Assembly: GCF_030651595.1 (NCBI RefSeq)
Contig: NZ_JAUSCH010000004.1
Coordinates: 9,380-73,379, forward strand
From: Candidatus Oleimmundimicrobium sp.
GTDB lineage: Bacteria > Actinomycetota > Aquicultoria > UBA3085 > Oleimmundimicrobiaceae
Direction: 5' to 3'
DNA length: 64,000 nucleotides
Translations under genes and position numbers: made by a program
Shown: positions 1 to 9,648 of the stretch, piece by piece
How positions within the stretch are numbered: the stretch's first letter is position 1
Layout of the letters: each line of letters starts with the position of its first letter
The notes under the pieces: model-generated
The model's database searches: none
What the model was told of the DNA's origin: nothing
The model's input: only the letters and a program-made list of their open reading frames with translations

Positions 1-24
1 AAGAAATCCTTCGGATTGTAGGGG

Positions 25-648
25 ATGAGAGTTAAATTGGAGGAAAAGAAAAACTTTTTTTATACTTTTATTATCTGCTTGTTTTTTGTTGTCTTAAAAC
101 TGTTTTACAGATTAAATATTATCGGCAAGAAAAACATTCCAAAGACCGGGCCGGTTATTTTAGTGTCAAATCACAAAAGTAATATTGATCCTTTTGTAGT
201 GAGCGCGGTATTGTATCCCCGTAAAATCCATAGCATGGCAAAAGAGGAACTGTTCCGAAATCCAGTGCTAAGTTTTTTTTTCAGGAAGCTCGGTGCTTTC
301 CCAATACACAGGGGAAAATATGATAGACAAGCTTTTAAAAATTCACTTGAAGTTTTATCAAAAGGTCAGGTTTTTGCTCTTTTCCCTGAAGGGAGAAGAA
401 ATCGTTTAGAGGATGATAAATTAGGGCCTTTGCACAAAGGAGCCGCCCTCATTGCGATTAAAAGCGGCGCCCCGATTATTCCTATGGGAATCAAAGGGAC
501 CGGAAAGATATTGCCTAAGGGGAAGTTGATACCAAGGTTCCCGAAGATTAAGGTTAAGATTGGTGAACCGATACCATTGATTGACGATAAAACAAAACTT
601 ACCGAAAAAATCGGTGAAGCAATTTCATCAATTTTAGGAGAGATATAA
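25..648 (+). CDS. plsC: 1-acyl-sn-glycerol-3-phosphate acyltransferase (LPLAT family)
   Basis: HxxxxD acyltransferase motif (NHKSNIDPF) and FPEGRR motif in the translated ORF; size ~207 aa. Confidence 0.85.
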   Translation: MRVKLEEKKNFFYTFIICLFFVVLKLFYRLNIIGKKNIPKTGPVILVSNHKSNIDPFVVSAVLYPRKIHSMAKEELFRNPVLSFFFRKLGAFPIHRGKYDRQAFKNSLEVLSKGQVFALFPEGRRNRLEDDKLGPLHKGAALIAIKSGAPIIPMGIKGTGKILPKGKLIPRFPKIKVKIGEPIPLIDDKTKLTEKIGEAISSILGEI

Positions 649-651
649 ACA

Positions 652-1485
652 ATGAAGGTAAAAGTAGCTAAAGAAGCAGGATACTGTTACGGGGTGGAGA
701 GAGCACTAAAACTTGCTCAAGAGGCAGTTGGTAAACTACCTGAACCAATTTGTACTTTGGGGCCGATAATTCATAATCCCCAGGTTGTTGATTGGCTTAA
801 AGGTAAAGGGATTGTGTCAGTAGATAGTTTAAATCAAATTGATAAAGGGACGATAATTATTCGTTCTCACGGTGTTGATCCGAAGGTAAAGATTGAGGCA
901 AAAAAGAAGGGGTTAGAAATTATCGATGCTACTTGTCCTTTTGTAAAAAAAGCTCAACATTGTGCCAGAAAGCTTATAGAAGAGGGGTATAATCTTGTAA
1001 TTGTCGGAGAGCGAAATCATCCTGAGGTAATTGGGATTTTTGCTTATGCCGGGGGTAAAGCGGTTGTGGTTGAGAACGTTAAGGACATTAAGCAGCTTTC
1101 TAACTTTAAAAAAGTAGGTATTGTTGTTCAAACTACCCAGCCGATTGAAAATTTAAAAAAAGTTATAAACGCGTTGATTCCAAAAACGGAAGAAATTAAA
1201 ATATTTAACACAATTTGTGATGCTACAGTTAAAAGGCAGATAGCTGCGAGGAATTTAGCACAAGATGCTGACTTGATGTTGGTTGTTGGTGGGAAAAATA
1301 GCGCCAATACTTCAAGGTTGACTCAAATTTGTGCTGAAGTTAATCCAAAAACATATCATATTGAAACTGCTTCAGAAATTAAAAAAGAATGGTTTAAGGG
1401 TGTTAATTTTGTTGGAATTACAGCTGGAGCATCTACTCCCAATTGGATTATTGATAATGTGGCAAAGGTTGTTAAAAAGCTGTAG
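652..1485 (+). CDS. ispH: 4-hydroxy-3-methylbut-2-enyl diphosphate reductase
   Basis: N-terminus AKEAGYCYGVERAL and conserved Cys-containing LytB/IspH blocks; 277 aa. Confidence 0.9.
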   Translation: MKVKVAKEAGYCYGVERALKLAQEAVGKLPEPICTLGPIIHNPQVVDWLKGKGIVSVDSLNQIDKGTIIIRSHGVDPKVKIEAKKKGLEIIDATCPFVKKAQHCARKLIEEGYNLVIVGERNHPEVIGIFAYAGGKAVVVENVKDIKQLSNFKKVGIVVQTTQPIENLKKVINALIPKTEEIKIFNTICDATVKRQIAARNLAQDADLMLVVGGKNSANTSRLTQICAEVNPKTYHIETASEIKKEWFKGVNFVGITAGASTPNWIIDNVAKVVKKL

Positions 1486-1529
1486 TGAGAAATTGTTTGA
1501 TTATTTTAATAATACAAGGGCGTTTAAAT

Positions 1530-2834
1530 ATGATTGCAAAAATTGATAAAGTAAGAAAAGGTAGTATCGCTGACATGGCCGGAGTTCGAGTCGGCAATAT
1601 TTTAGAGAATATAAATAATATTCCTCTGAGGGATATTATTGATTTTCAAATTTACTCTGACCCTTCAAAGCTTAATCTTAACATCTTACGCAACGGGCAA
1701 AAACTCTGCATTAAAATAGAAAAGGCGGAAGGCGAGCCGCTTGGGGTTAAATTTTCGTCATCAATTTTTGATAAATTAAAATTCTGCAAGAATAGGTGCC
1801 TTTTTTGTTTTATAGACCAACTGCCGCCTCGCGTTAGAAAAAGTTTGCTTATAAAAGATGATGATTATCGACTTTCTTTTTTGTATGGAAACTTTGTTAC
1901 GTTAACAAATTTAAGTGATTCGGAATTGGAAAGAATAATTGAACAGCGCTTAAGCCCGCTTTATGTTTCACTTCATTCTACCGATTTAGCGATTCGTTCT
2001 AAACTAATTAGACCAAGGGCTGGAGATAAGGCCCTTGAATACCTTAAACGTCTCTTAGACGCGGGCATACGTATTCACATACAAATTGTTCTCTGCCCAG
2101 GCATAAATGATGGTGACAACTTAATGCACACCCTTATTGATCTTTCCACTAATTATTCAGGGATTGAATCAGTGGGAATTGTACCGGTCGGGCTTACGTC
2201 TTATAGAGAAAAACTCTATCCATTGCGCTCCTTTACCCCAAATGAAGCTGGTTCGTTAATTGAAGAAATAGAAGTTTTTCAAAAAAAATTTTTAAAGACT
2301 AGGAATTTGTCCCGAGTTTTTCTTGCGGATGAATTTTATTTAATGAGTGGCAAAACTTTGCCCGACAAGGAACATTACGGGGATTTTCCTCAAATTGAAA
2401 ATGGTATTGGTTTAGCCCGCCTTTTTTTAAGCGATTTTGAGGAGGCATTAGCGAAACGCGCCAATGCTCTTAAGCCTTTAACCGGAACCGTGCTAACCGG
2501 AGAGATGCCGGAGTCAATATTAAAAGAGGCGTTTGCCAAACTAAAAAAGTTTAATATTTATTTAAAAGTAAAAAAAGTTCCTAACAAGTTTTTTGGCGGG
2601 GAAGTGAATGTGACCGGGTTGGTTACGGGCTCTGATATTTTAAATACTGCAAAAGATGAAGATTTTGAAGCGCCTCTTTTTTTACCTGATATTATGTTGA
2701 ATGAAGGTAAGTTATTCTTAGATGATATAAATCTCAACGAACTTGAACAAAAATTAAAGGTTCCGATTTGTTTGGTTTCGACCAACGGAAAACAATTTAT
2801 CGAAGATTTAATTAAAGTAAGCAATAGGAGTTGA
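1530..2834 (+). CDS. PDZ domain / DUF512 (radical-SAM-like) protein
   Basis: N-terminal PDZ-like region followed by CxxRCxFCF cysteine cluster typical of DUF512 proteins that sit upstream of der. ORF track starts at a GTG at 1485 that overlaps the ispH stop; the ATG at 1530 is more likely. Confidence 0.6.
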   Translation: MIAKIDKVRKGSIADMAGVRVGNILENINNIPLRDIIDFQIYSDPSKLNLNILRNGQKLCIKIEKAEGEPLGVKFSSSIFDKLKFCKNRCLFCFIDQLPPRVRKSLLIKDDDYRLSFLYGNFVTLTNLSDSELERIIEQRLSPLYVSLHSTDLAIRSKLIRPRAGDKALEYLKRLLDAGIRIHIQIVLCPGINDGDNLMHTLIDLSTNYSGIESVGIVPVGLTSYREKLYPLRSFTPNEAGSLIEEIEVFQKKFLKTRNLSRVFLADEFYLMSGKTLPDKEHYGDFPQIENGIGLARLFLSDFEEALAKRANALKPLTGTVLTGEMPESILKEAFAKLKKFNIYLKVKKVPNKFFGGEVNVTGLVTGSDILNTAKDEDFEAPLFLPDIMLNEGKLFLDDINLNELEQKLKVPICLVSTNGKQFIEDLIKVSNRS

Positions 2835-2840
2835 TGCGTT

Positions 2841-4136
2841 TTGTCTTTGGTCGCAATTGTGGGTAGGCCAAATGTTGGAAAATCTACCATAGTTAACAGA
2901 ATAGCGTCTGGCCAACCTGCCATCGTTGATGAATTAAGTGGAGTGACAAGAGATAGAAATTACATAAAGACGGACTGGTCAGGAAAATCTTTCACTATAG
3001 TGGATACGGGTGGTCTTATTTTTGATGATAAGGAGAATCTCATTGAATCTATTCGACAGCAAGCTTTTCTTGCAGTAGAAGAGGCAGATGCGATAATTTT
3101 TGTTGTCGACGGCAAAACTGGCCTTCTTCATGACGATAAGGAGATTGCTAACATATTACGTCAAAAAACAAAACCAATTTTTCTTGTCGTGAATAAACTG
3201 GATGATATTAGCAAAGAGCTTGATAAATTTTCTTTTTATTCTTTAGGGCTTGGTGAACCACATGCAATTTCAGCCATGCATGGATTAGGTATAGGAGATT
3301 TACTGGATGAGTTGGTGAAAGTTCTTCCTCCGGAAAAAGTGGAGAAAGTTGAAGGGGTTATTAATGTTGCCATAATTGGGCGGCCAAATGCTGGGAAATC
3401 ATCTATATGTAATCGATTACTTGGGGAAGAAAGAGTAATTGTAAGTAATATTCCCGGAACAACCAGAGACACCATTGACACAGTAGTTGAACGAGGCGGA
3501 AAGAGTTATTTGTTTATTGACACAGCCGGCCTTCGTCGTCGGAAAAAAATAAAAGGGGTAGAGTATTACGGGATGGTGCGTGTTCTCAGGGCTATTGATA
3601 GGGCCGACATTGTTTTACTTGTTTTGGATTCTTCAGAGGGGGTAACCGGGCAAGATCAAAAAATTGCAGAAATAGCTAATGACAGAGATTGTGGTGTTAT
3701 GGTTTTATTAAATAAATGGGATTTGATAGATGCCGAGAATCTTAACAATCTCTATCACAGTTTGGAAAAAAAATTAAGATTTATAAGTTATGCTCCCGTT
3801 CTTAAGGTTTCCGCTCTTAAAAATAAGGGGATAAGCAAAATTTATCCAATGATAGATAAAGTTGCCAATGAGTATTTTAGACAAGTTTCAACACCCCAGC
3901 TTAATAATTTAGTTCAAGCGATAAAAACAAAAGGTCATACGGTATCCAAAGGGAGGAAAAAACTTAATTTATTATATGCGACGCAGATTAAAACAGGCCC
4001 ACCGACTTTTTTATTTTTTGTCAATGAGCCAAGCTTAATTAATGTGTATTTTAAAAGATATCTGACGTCAGAGGTTCGTAAATTCTTTTCTTTTAAAGGT
4101 GTTCCCGTGAAATTGCTTTTTAGAAAAAAGAGTTGA
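2841..4136 (+). CDS. der: ribosome-associated GTPase Der (EngA)
   Basis: Two tandem GTPase domains with P-loops GRPNVGKST and GRPNAGKSS plus C-terminal KH-like region; TTG start 10 nt after AGGAG. Confidence 0.95.
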   Translation: MSLVAIVGRPNVGKSTIVNRIASGQPAIVDELSGVTRDRNYIKTDWSGKSFTIVDTGGLIFDDKENLIESIRQQAFLAVEEADAIIFVVDGKTGLLHDDKEIANILRQKTKPIFLVVNKLDDISKELDKFSFYSLGLGEPHAISAMHGLGIGDLLDELVKVLPPEKVEKVEGVINVAIIGRPNAGKSSICNRLLGEERVIVSNIPGTTRDTIDTVVERGGKSYLFIDTAGLRRRKKIKGVEYYGMVRVLRAIDRADIVLLVLDSSEGVTGQDQKIAEIANDRDCGVMVLLNKWDLIDAENLNNLYHSLEKKLRFISYAPVLKVSALKNKGISKIYPMIDKVANEYFRQVSTPQLNNLVQAIKTKGHTVSKGRKKLNLLYATQIKTGPPTFLFFVNEPSLINVYFKRYLTSEVRKFFSFKGVPVKLLFRKKS

Positions 4137-4273
4137 TTGTCATTATAAAAAACCCGGTAGGATAAACTAAAAGCAGAGAGGATAAAGAAGATTAATTAGC
4201 GAATTTGCAACCGGCAAAATCAAACTTTCGATTGAAAAATTTTAATTTTAAAAAGAAGGGACTTAAGTTTAAC

Positions 4274-4945
4274 GTGAGTATTTTAATAAAAGCATTATTT
4301 GTTATTGGTGTAAGCTATTTAATTGGCTCAATTTCATTTGCATTGCTAATTGGGAAAGGTTTTTATGGAATAGACATAAGAGAGCAAGGAAGCGGAAATC
4401 TTGGAGCCACCAATACCTTTAGGGTATTGGGCATCACCCCGGGTATTTTGGTGCTTATATGTGATATCCTGAAGGGTGTTGTCTCGGTTGGTCTTGCAAG
4501 CTTATTCTTCAGGGACGCGCCCACTCTCTTTAATTCTTTTCTTCAGACTGGAACAAGTTTTGCGAGCTATTCGATGCTGGACTCAACGGTTATTGTAGCC
4601 GCCGGGTTTGCTGTTATTGCCGGTCATAATTGGTCTATATTTCTTAGGTTTTCAGGTGGCAAAGGGATGGCCACTACTACTGGTGTTTTACTGGTTATTG
4701 CTCCAAAAATAGTTTTTGCTTTGTTTTTAATTTGGCTTATTGTTTTTGCTTTAACAAGATATGTTTCGCTCAGTTCAGTCATAGTAGCTGCTACATTTCC
4801 GTTTTTTATGATATATTTTTATCGGGGCAATTATCCTTACATAGCATTTAGTTTAATTGATGCTGTGGTCACAATTTATAAACATAGGTCAAACATGAAA
4901 CAACTTTTAAAAGGTAAGGAGTCTAAAATTGGCAAAAAAAGTTAA
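4274..4945 (+). CDS. plsY: glycerol-3-phosphate acyltransferase PlsY
   Basis: Signature GSGNxGATN and the typical N-terminus YLIGSISFALLIGK. ORF track begins at 4205; an in-frame GTG at 4274 gives the canonical PlsY N-terminus. Confidence 0.9.
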   Translation: MSILIKALFVIGVSYLIGSISFALLIGKGFYGIDIREQGSGNLGATNTFRVLGITPGILVLICDILKGVVSVGLASLFFRDAPTLFNSFLQTGTSFASYSMLDSTVIVAAGFAVIAGHNWSIFLRFSGGKGMATTTGVLLVIAPKIVFALFLIWLIVFALTRYVSLSSVIVAATFPFFMIYFYRGNYPYIAFSLIDAVVTIYKHRSNMKQLLKGKESKIGKKS

Positions 4946-5975
4946 TTTATTCAGGTTAACGGAGAAAAAAATTGCTGTTATAGGGGCTGGGAGCTGGGGA
5001 ACAGCTATTTCAATTCTTTTAGCGAAAAAGGGTTTTGTCGTTTCATTGTGGGCAAGGGATGAAAAGTTTGCCTGTGAAGCACAATCCAAAAGAAGCAATC
5101 CACGCTATCTTCCAAATGTGATTTTTCCCGAAAATCTGGATGTATCTTTTAAAATGGACGATGTTGTAAAAGGGGCCGAAGTTATAGCGCTGGTTGTTCC
5201 ATCGCACGGGATGAGAGAGGTTGTTAAAAAGTTAAAGAGTTTTCTTAAAGATCAAATTATTATAAGTCTTGCTAAAGGGATAGAAGTTGATACTCTCATG
5301 CGTATGTCTGAAGTTATTGCTAGTGAATTGCCCGAGAAATTTTTTGAGAAGATTGCAGTTATTTCGGGTCCCAATCACGCAGAAGAAGTAAGTCTTGAAA
5401 TACCGAGCACAACAGTTGTTTCGGCACATAAAAAAGAAGTGGCCTTAAAAGTTCAAAATATGTTTATGACACCTTATTTTAGAGTTTATACCAATCCCGA
5501 TATTATTGGGGTTGAAGTTGGGGGAGCTACAAAAAATATAATTGCTTTAGCTACAGGAATGTCCGATGGATTAGGTTATGGTGATAACACCAGGGCTTCT
5601 TTAATGACGAGGGGGTTAGCTGAAATGACTCGGTTAGGGTTAAATATGGGGGCTCAATCTTCGACTTTTGCCGGTCTTTCCGGGATGGGCGATTTGATAG
5701 CCACATGCACGAGCCGTCATAGCAGAAACAGAAACACCGGAGAAAAGATTGCTAAAGGAATGACATTGGAAGAAGTTACCGCAGAAACAAAGATGGTGGC
5801 CGAAGGGACAAAAACTACCAAAGCGGTATACAGACTGGCCGAAAAGAGATGTATTGATATGCCTATTACCAGGGCTGTTTATCAGGTTTTGTATGAAAAC
5901 AAGCGTCCTCTCAATTGTGTTTCCGATTTAATGATGCGTGGGGCAAAAGATGAATTGAAAGCATTTGGCTACTGA
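4929..5975 (+). CDS. gpsA: NAD(P)H-dependent glycerol-3-phosphate dehydrogenase
   Basis: Rossmann motif IAVIGAGSWGTA and GpsA C-terminal blocks; TTG start 8 nt after AAGGAG; 17-nt overlap with plsY. Confidence 0.95.
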   Translation: MAKKVNLFRLTEKKIAVIGAGSWGTAISILLAKKGFVVSLWARDEKFACEAQSKRSNPRYLPNVIFPENLDVSFKMDDVVKGAEVIALVVPSHGMREVVKKLKSFLKDQIIISLAKGIEVDTLMRMSEVIASELPEKFFEKIAVISGPNHAEEVSLEIPSTTVVSAHKKEVALKVQNMFMTPYFRVYTNPDIIGVEVGGATKNIIALATGMSDGLGYGDNTRASLMTRGLAEMTRLGLNMGAQSSTFAGLSGMGDLIATCTSRHSRNRNTGEKIAKGMTLEEVTAETKMVAEGTKTTKAVYRLAEKRCIDMPITRAVYQVLYENKRPLNCVSDLMMRGAKDELKAFGY

Positions 5976-6209
5976 TCAATCTCGTTACATGTGAAAAAAT
6001 ACACTGTTTATCCTTTTTAAATTGTTTGTCTTTTTGTTTGCCCAAAGAATTAATTTTTTGTGGGTTATTCTGGGCTCTTAATTCGAGCATTTTCCCTCGC
6101 CCTTGATGGAGGGGAGGGTGATGAGGTTTTGCTCTTAACATTTTTAATTTTTCTATTTCGTTTTCATTTTTATTTCTTATTTTGAAATAGCTGATAGAAA
6201 ATTCGAATA

Positions 6210-6239
6210 TTGGCAAATTGAAAGACGATTAGATATAAT
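6210..6239 (+). promoter_or_regulatory. putative sigma70-type promoter (TTGGCA-18-TATAAT) for the HTH gene
   Basis: Hexamers read directly from sequence ~50 nt upstream of the 6290 ATG. Confidence 0.35.
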
Positions 6240-6264
6240 GATATATAATTATATATCATTATAT
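6233..6264. promoter_or_regulatory. perfect 32-bp palindrome (candidate operator)
   Basis: ATATAATGATATATAA|TTATATATCATTATAT is a perfect inverted repeat (16+16 bp). It overlaps the -10 element and lies just upstream of the HTH gene. Confidence 0.6.
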
Positions 6265-6289
6265 AAACTAAGTTATAGTGAGGTTTGAG

Positions 6290-6718
6290 ATGGAAAAGGA
6301 AAATAAGCTTTATACTCCAAAACAAGTAGCCGAAAAATTAAACCTTAAGCCCACAACCATTCGAGAATGGTGCAAAACAGGGAAAATAGGTCGCATTAAA
6401 TTTGGGAAAGAATACCGTATTTCAGAAAAAGATATAGAGGATTGGATTTCGAAAAGAAAAAAGCAGTTTAAGCCCGATAAAGACCTCTTAGATCGGAATT
6501 TGTTATGTATTATGCTCTATCTTAATTTAAAGGAAAAAGGCGAAAGTTATATCGCAGATTTATATCGCGCCTACAAGGAAGAAAGTACCGCGAAAAGCAT
6601 ATATTATTTAGACGATATACTTGACATATTAAATAAATATGACGAAAAGATGCCGGGATTAACTGATGATGTTTTCAAATTATTGAGAGAAAATGGATTT
6701 TTAAAAACAGAAGATTAG
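6290..6718 (+). CDS. excisionase/MerR-superfamily HTH DNA-binding protein with unknown C-terminal domain
   Basis: N-terminus YTPKQVAEKLNLKPTTIREWCKTGKIGRIKFGKEYRISEKDIEDWI matches the excisionase-family HTH pattern. ORF track starts at GTG 6278; the ATG at 6290 follows a GAGGT RBS. Confidence 0.6.
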   Translation: MEKENKLYTPKQVAEKLNLKPTTIREWCKTGKIGRIKFGKEYRISEKDIEDWISKRKKQFKPDKDLLDRNLLCIMLYLNLKEKGESYIADLYRAYKEESTAKSIYYLDDILDILNKYDEKMPGLTDDVFKLLRENGFLKTED

Positions 6719-6861
6719 GTGATATAAAAAGCATAACCTCAGTTAAGTAGATATGTTGATTGAGTTGAATAATTGCTCTCTTTGGATGGTAATCAGGATA
6801 AATTGTTACATTCATTGTGTAGGGAAATTAACTTCCGGGGAATACAATGCCTAAAATCATC

Positions 6862-6890
6862 TTGAACGAAAATAGCGGCTTAGATATAAT
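6862..6890 (+). promoter_or_regulatory. putative promoter TTGAAC-17-TATAAT for tRNA-Pro
   Basis: Consensus-like hexamers with 17-nt spacer about 50 nt upstream of the tRNA. Confidence 0.45.
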
Positions 6891-6941
6891 GAGTTCGCTG
6901 TTTTTTATTGGCTCAAAAAGGATAATGTAAACTATTGTTAT

Positions 6942-7018
6942 CGGGGCGTGGCGCAGTTTGGTAGCGCACCAGGCTGGGGGTCTGGTGGCCGCTGGTTCGA
7001 ATCCAGTCGCCCCGACCA
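6942..7018 (+). tRNA. tRNA-Pro (anticodon GGG)
   Basis: Manually folded cloverleaf. Acceptor CGGGGCG/CGCCCCG, D-stem GCGC/GCGC, anticodon stem CCAGG/TCTGG, loop CTGGGGG (anticodon GGG), T-loop TTCGAAT, encoded CCA. Confidence 0.9.
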
Positions 7019-7151
7019 AAAAAAACGGTTGATAGTAAAATCAAAAAAAACCATAATATCTACCATTTTTCTCATTTGATGATTGTTTGTCTGTTATTTC
7101 TATCGAATTTGTAAAATTTCTTTTCCTGTTTTGTTATTGTAGAATTGAAAC

Positions 7152-8049
7152 ATGATGATTGTAGAAATATTAAAAAATACATGGGTCTTCACTTTAATGG
7201 CTTTACCTTGGCTGGCAGTTGGGTATTTATTTGCCGGCTTGCTTAAAGTTTTAATTCCGGTCGGTTTTTTAGAAAAACATATTGGCAGTGGCTTTAAGTC
7301 ATTGATTTACGCTACTTTAATTGGCATCCCTTTGCCTTTATGTTCTTGTGGCGTGGATTCCCATGGCAATGACTTTAAGAAGGCGTGGGGCGAGCTTGGG
7401 AGCGACTATCTCCTTTTTAATTGCAACTCCTGTCACTACTGTAACCACGTTATTTTTGCTTTATGCTTTCTTTGGTTGTAAATTCGTGATTTTAATGGTG
7501 TTTACGGGGTTTTTTATAGCCATTCTTACAGGTCTTTTTGTAGATATTTTCGTAGATTCATCGAATGTGGAAGTTAAGAAGAGAATTAAATGCTCTCATT
7601 GTGATGTTGTCTGTGAACATAAGCGCTATTTTGGGTTTACCGAGAAGCTCAAAGAAGTTTTTAGGTACGGGTTTTTGGAGATAGGAAGAGATACATTAGG
7701 TTGGATTTTTCTTGGTTTGCTGGGTGCGGGGATAATTGCTACCCTTGCCCCTAAAGAAATAATCGGTCATTATTTAGGGACGGGATTTTTGCCGCTTATT
7801 TTAATGGTTATTATTGGCGGTCCCATGTATATTTGTTCTACTGGTAGCATTCCTTTTGTTGCGGCTCTTGTTTCAAAAGGTTTAACCGTAGGTAGTGCCG
7901 TTGTTTTTCTGATAGTCGGCCCCGCAACCAACTTGTCTACTTTTTTTGTTTTAGCCCGCAAGCTGGGCAGAAAAACGGCAGTTATCTATATTGTTTCAAT
8001 AATAATGTTTTCTTTAATCTTGGGGTATTTAATTCAATTAATAGTTTAA
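7152..8049 (+). pseudogene. DUF318/ArsP-like permease (COG0701) disrupted by a +1 frameshift
   Basis: ORFs 7152..7481 and 7321..8049 are two frames of one gene. Family motif reads PLCSCGV then DSHGN in frame 1, and ...VAWIPMAMTLRRRGASLGATISFLIATP in frame 2. Removing one G near 7355-7356 restores CSCGVIPMAM... Confidence 0.6.
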
Positions 8050-8161
8050 GGTTGAATGAGTAAAATTATTTTTTATGTATCAGTTTCGGTTTTGAATGTA
8101 TTTTTAACTACTAGTAGGATTTTTTGCTGTTTTATCGAATTAAAGTTCCTGGAGGGGCGCC

Positions 8162-9124
8162 ATGATTAAAACTTTAGTATATGTTCCAGGCGAGGGGATA
8201 AAAGAAGGTGTTCCTTTTGGAAACATAAAAGAGTTTGTAGATAAGGATAGTTGTTCTATCTGGGTAGATTTAGAGGAGCCCACAGAAGACAATTTCAAAA
8301 TCCTTGCTGACATATTTAACCTCCATCCGCTTGCTATCGAAGATGCTAAAACGAAGTTCAATCTTCCAAAAATTGATGAGCATGTGGGATATCTTTTCAT
8401 TGTATGGCATGACCTTTTAGGTTCCTCTGGTTTAGATAAAATGGAGACTGCTGAAGTTGATATCTTCTTAGGTAAAAATTTTTTTGTAACAGTTCATGAT
8501 AGAAAGATGAAAAATCTCGACTTGATTTTCGACCACTGCAAACAAGCCCCCGATTTTATGAGCAGGGGAGCAGAATGGGTTTTGCATCACCTGCTTGATG
8601 TGATGGTCGACGGAGACTTCCTTTTGGTCGATAGAATAAGCAACGAGGTTGACGAGCTTGAAGATAGAATATTTGAGGTTCCCACGCAGGAAAATCTCAA
8701 AGAGTTGTTTTTATATAAACGTCAGCTTATCACCATACGTAAAATAGCTGCTCCACAAAGGGAAATAATTAGTGTTTTGTTGAGACACGAAACTTTTATT
8801 GAGAGACATGCTTATATCTATTTTCAAGATGTTGCTGACCATTTGATAAGAATCGTCGATTCTGTTGATACAGCTAGAGATGTTATAAGTGGAGCCATGG
8901 ATATCTATTTAAGCAACGTTTCCAACAGAATGAATGAGGTAATGAAGAAGTTGACTATAGTTGCGACGATTTTTATACCGCTTACTCTAATAACCGGTAT
9001 ATATGGGATGAATTTTAAGAATATGCCTGAGTTATACTGGACGTATGGTTATTTTATTGTTTTGATTGTTATGGTGTCTTTTGTTTTTGGAGTATTCATT
9101 TATTTTAAATCTAAACGGTGGTGA
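8162..9124 (+). CDS. corA: magnesium/cobalt transporter CorA
   Basis: YGMNF (GMN) motif before two C-terminal TM helices; 320 aa. Confidence 0.9.
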   Translation: MIKTLVYVPGEGIKEGVPFGNIKEFVDKDSCSIWVDLEEPTEDNFKILADIFNLHPLAIEDAKTKFNLPKIDEHVGYLFIVWHDLLGSSGLDKMETAEVDIFLGKNFFVTVHDRKMKNLDLIFDHCKQAPDFMSRGAEWVLHHLLDVMVDGDFLLVDRISNEVDELEDRIFEVPTQENLKELFLYKRQLITIRKIAAPQREIISVLLRHETFIERHAYIYFQDVADHLIRIVDSVDTARDVISGAMDIYLSNVSNRMNEVMKKLTIVATIFIPLTLITGIYGMNFKNMPELYWTYGYFIVLIVMVSFVFGVFIYFKSKRW

Positions 9125-9131
9125 TGATTTC

Positions 9132-9644
9132 TTGGGAATTGCGAATATCTTGACGATTATCCGATTAATTTTAATTCCCTTCTTTATCTATTTTTTTCTT
9201 TTAGGTTATAATTATATTGCTCTATTTCTGTTTACCCTGGCTGCGCTCACCGATTGGCTAGATGGTTATTTAGCGAGGGCTTTTTCTCAAGTAACTAGTT
9301 TCGGGAAATTTATCGATCCTCTTTCGGATCGCTTATTAATTATAAGTACCTTGGTTGTGTTAGTGGTAAAGGATTTCTTACCTTTACTTGCCGTGATTAT
9401 AGTAATTTCGAGAGATTTATTTACAATGATTGGTTATCAGTATATGCAATGGCGCGACAAAGAGGTGCCTGTAACTTACCTTGGAAAAACTGCAACTGCA
9501 ATCTTGATGAGCTCGATAATTTTAATAATAGCCGGTGTAAATTTTGGGGTTTTGCTTTTTTACTTTGGAGTTTTTCTATCTGTTGCGTCATTTATAGATT
9601 ACGTTCGAAGAGCAACTTTCGTGTTGAAGTATGAGGAGAGGTGA
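9132..9644 (+). CDS. pgsA: CDP-diacylglycerol--glycerol-3-phosphate 3-phosphatidyltransferase
   Basis: CDP-alcohol phosphatidyltransferase motif DWLDGYLAR...G...D...SD. ORF track start 9066 overlaps corA; the TTG at 9132 just after the corA stop is more likely. Confidence 0.85.
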   Translation: MGIANILTIIRLILIPFFIYFFLLGYNYIALFLFTLAALTDWLDGYLARAFSQVTSFGKFIDPLSDRLLIISTLVVLVVKDFLPLLAVIIVISRDLFTMIGYQYMQWRDKEVPVTYLGKTATAILMSSIILIIAGVNFGVLLFYFGVFLSVASFIDYVRRATFVLKYEER

Positions 9645-9648
9645 TTTT

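Noticed and set aside
1331-1546. 71-aa + strand ORF overlapping ispH 3' end
   Set aside because: Alternative frame of ispH; Leu/Lys-rich low-complexity product.
5911-6216. 101-aa minus-strand ORF in the gpsA-HTH intergenic region
   Set aside because: Low-complexity translation (K/Q/H/P-rich), overlaps the 3' end of gpsA by 65 nt, no RBS; likely spurious. The region more plausibly holds the promoter/operator of the HTH gene.
6828-7019. 63-aa minus-strand ORF
   Set aside because: Entirely antisense to the tRNA-Pro gene and its leader; artefact of the tRNA's GC-rich sequence.
6941-7150. Possible integrative element at tRNA-Pro
   Set aside because: No integrase, no recognisable att direct repeat of the tRNA 3' end, and downstream genes (permease, corA, pgsA) are ordinary chromosomal genes.
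7152-8049. Two separate overlapping permease genes (7152..7481 and 7321..8049)
   Set aside because: They are the two halves of one DUF318/ArsP-family permease joined by a +1 frameshift; neither half alone is a plausible gene.
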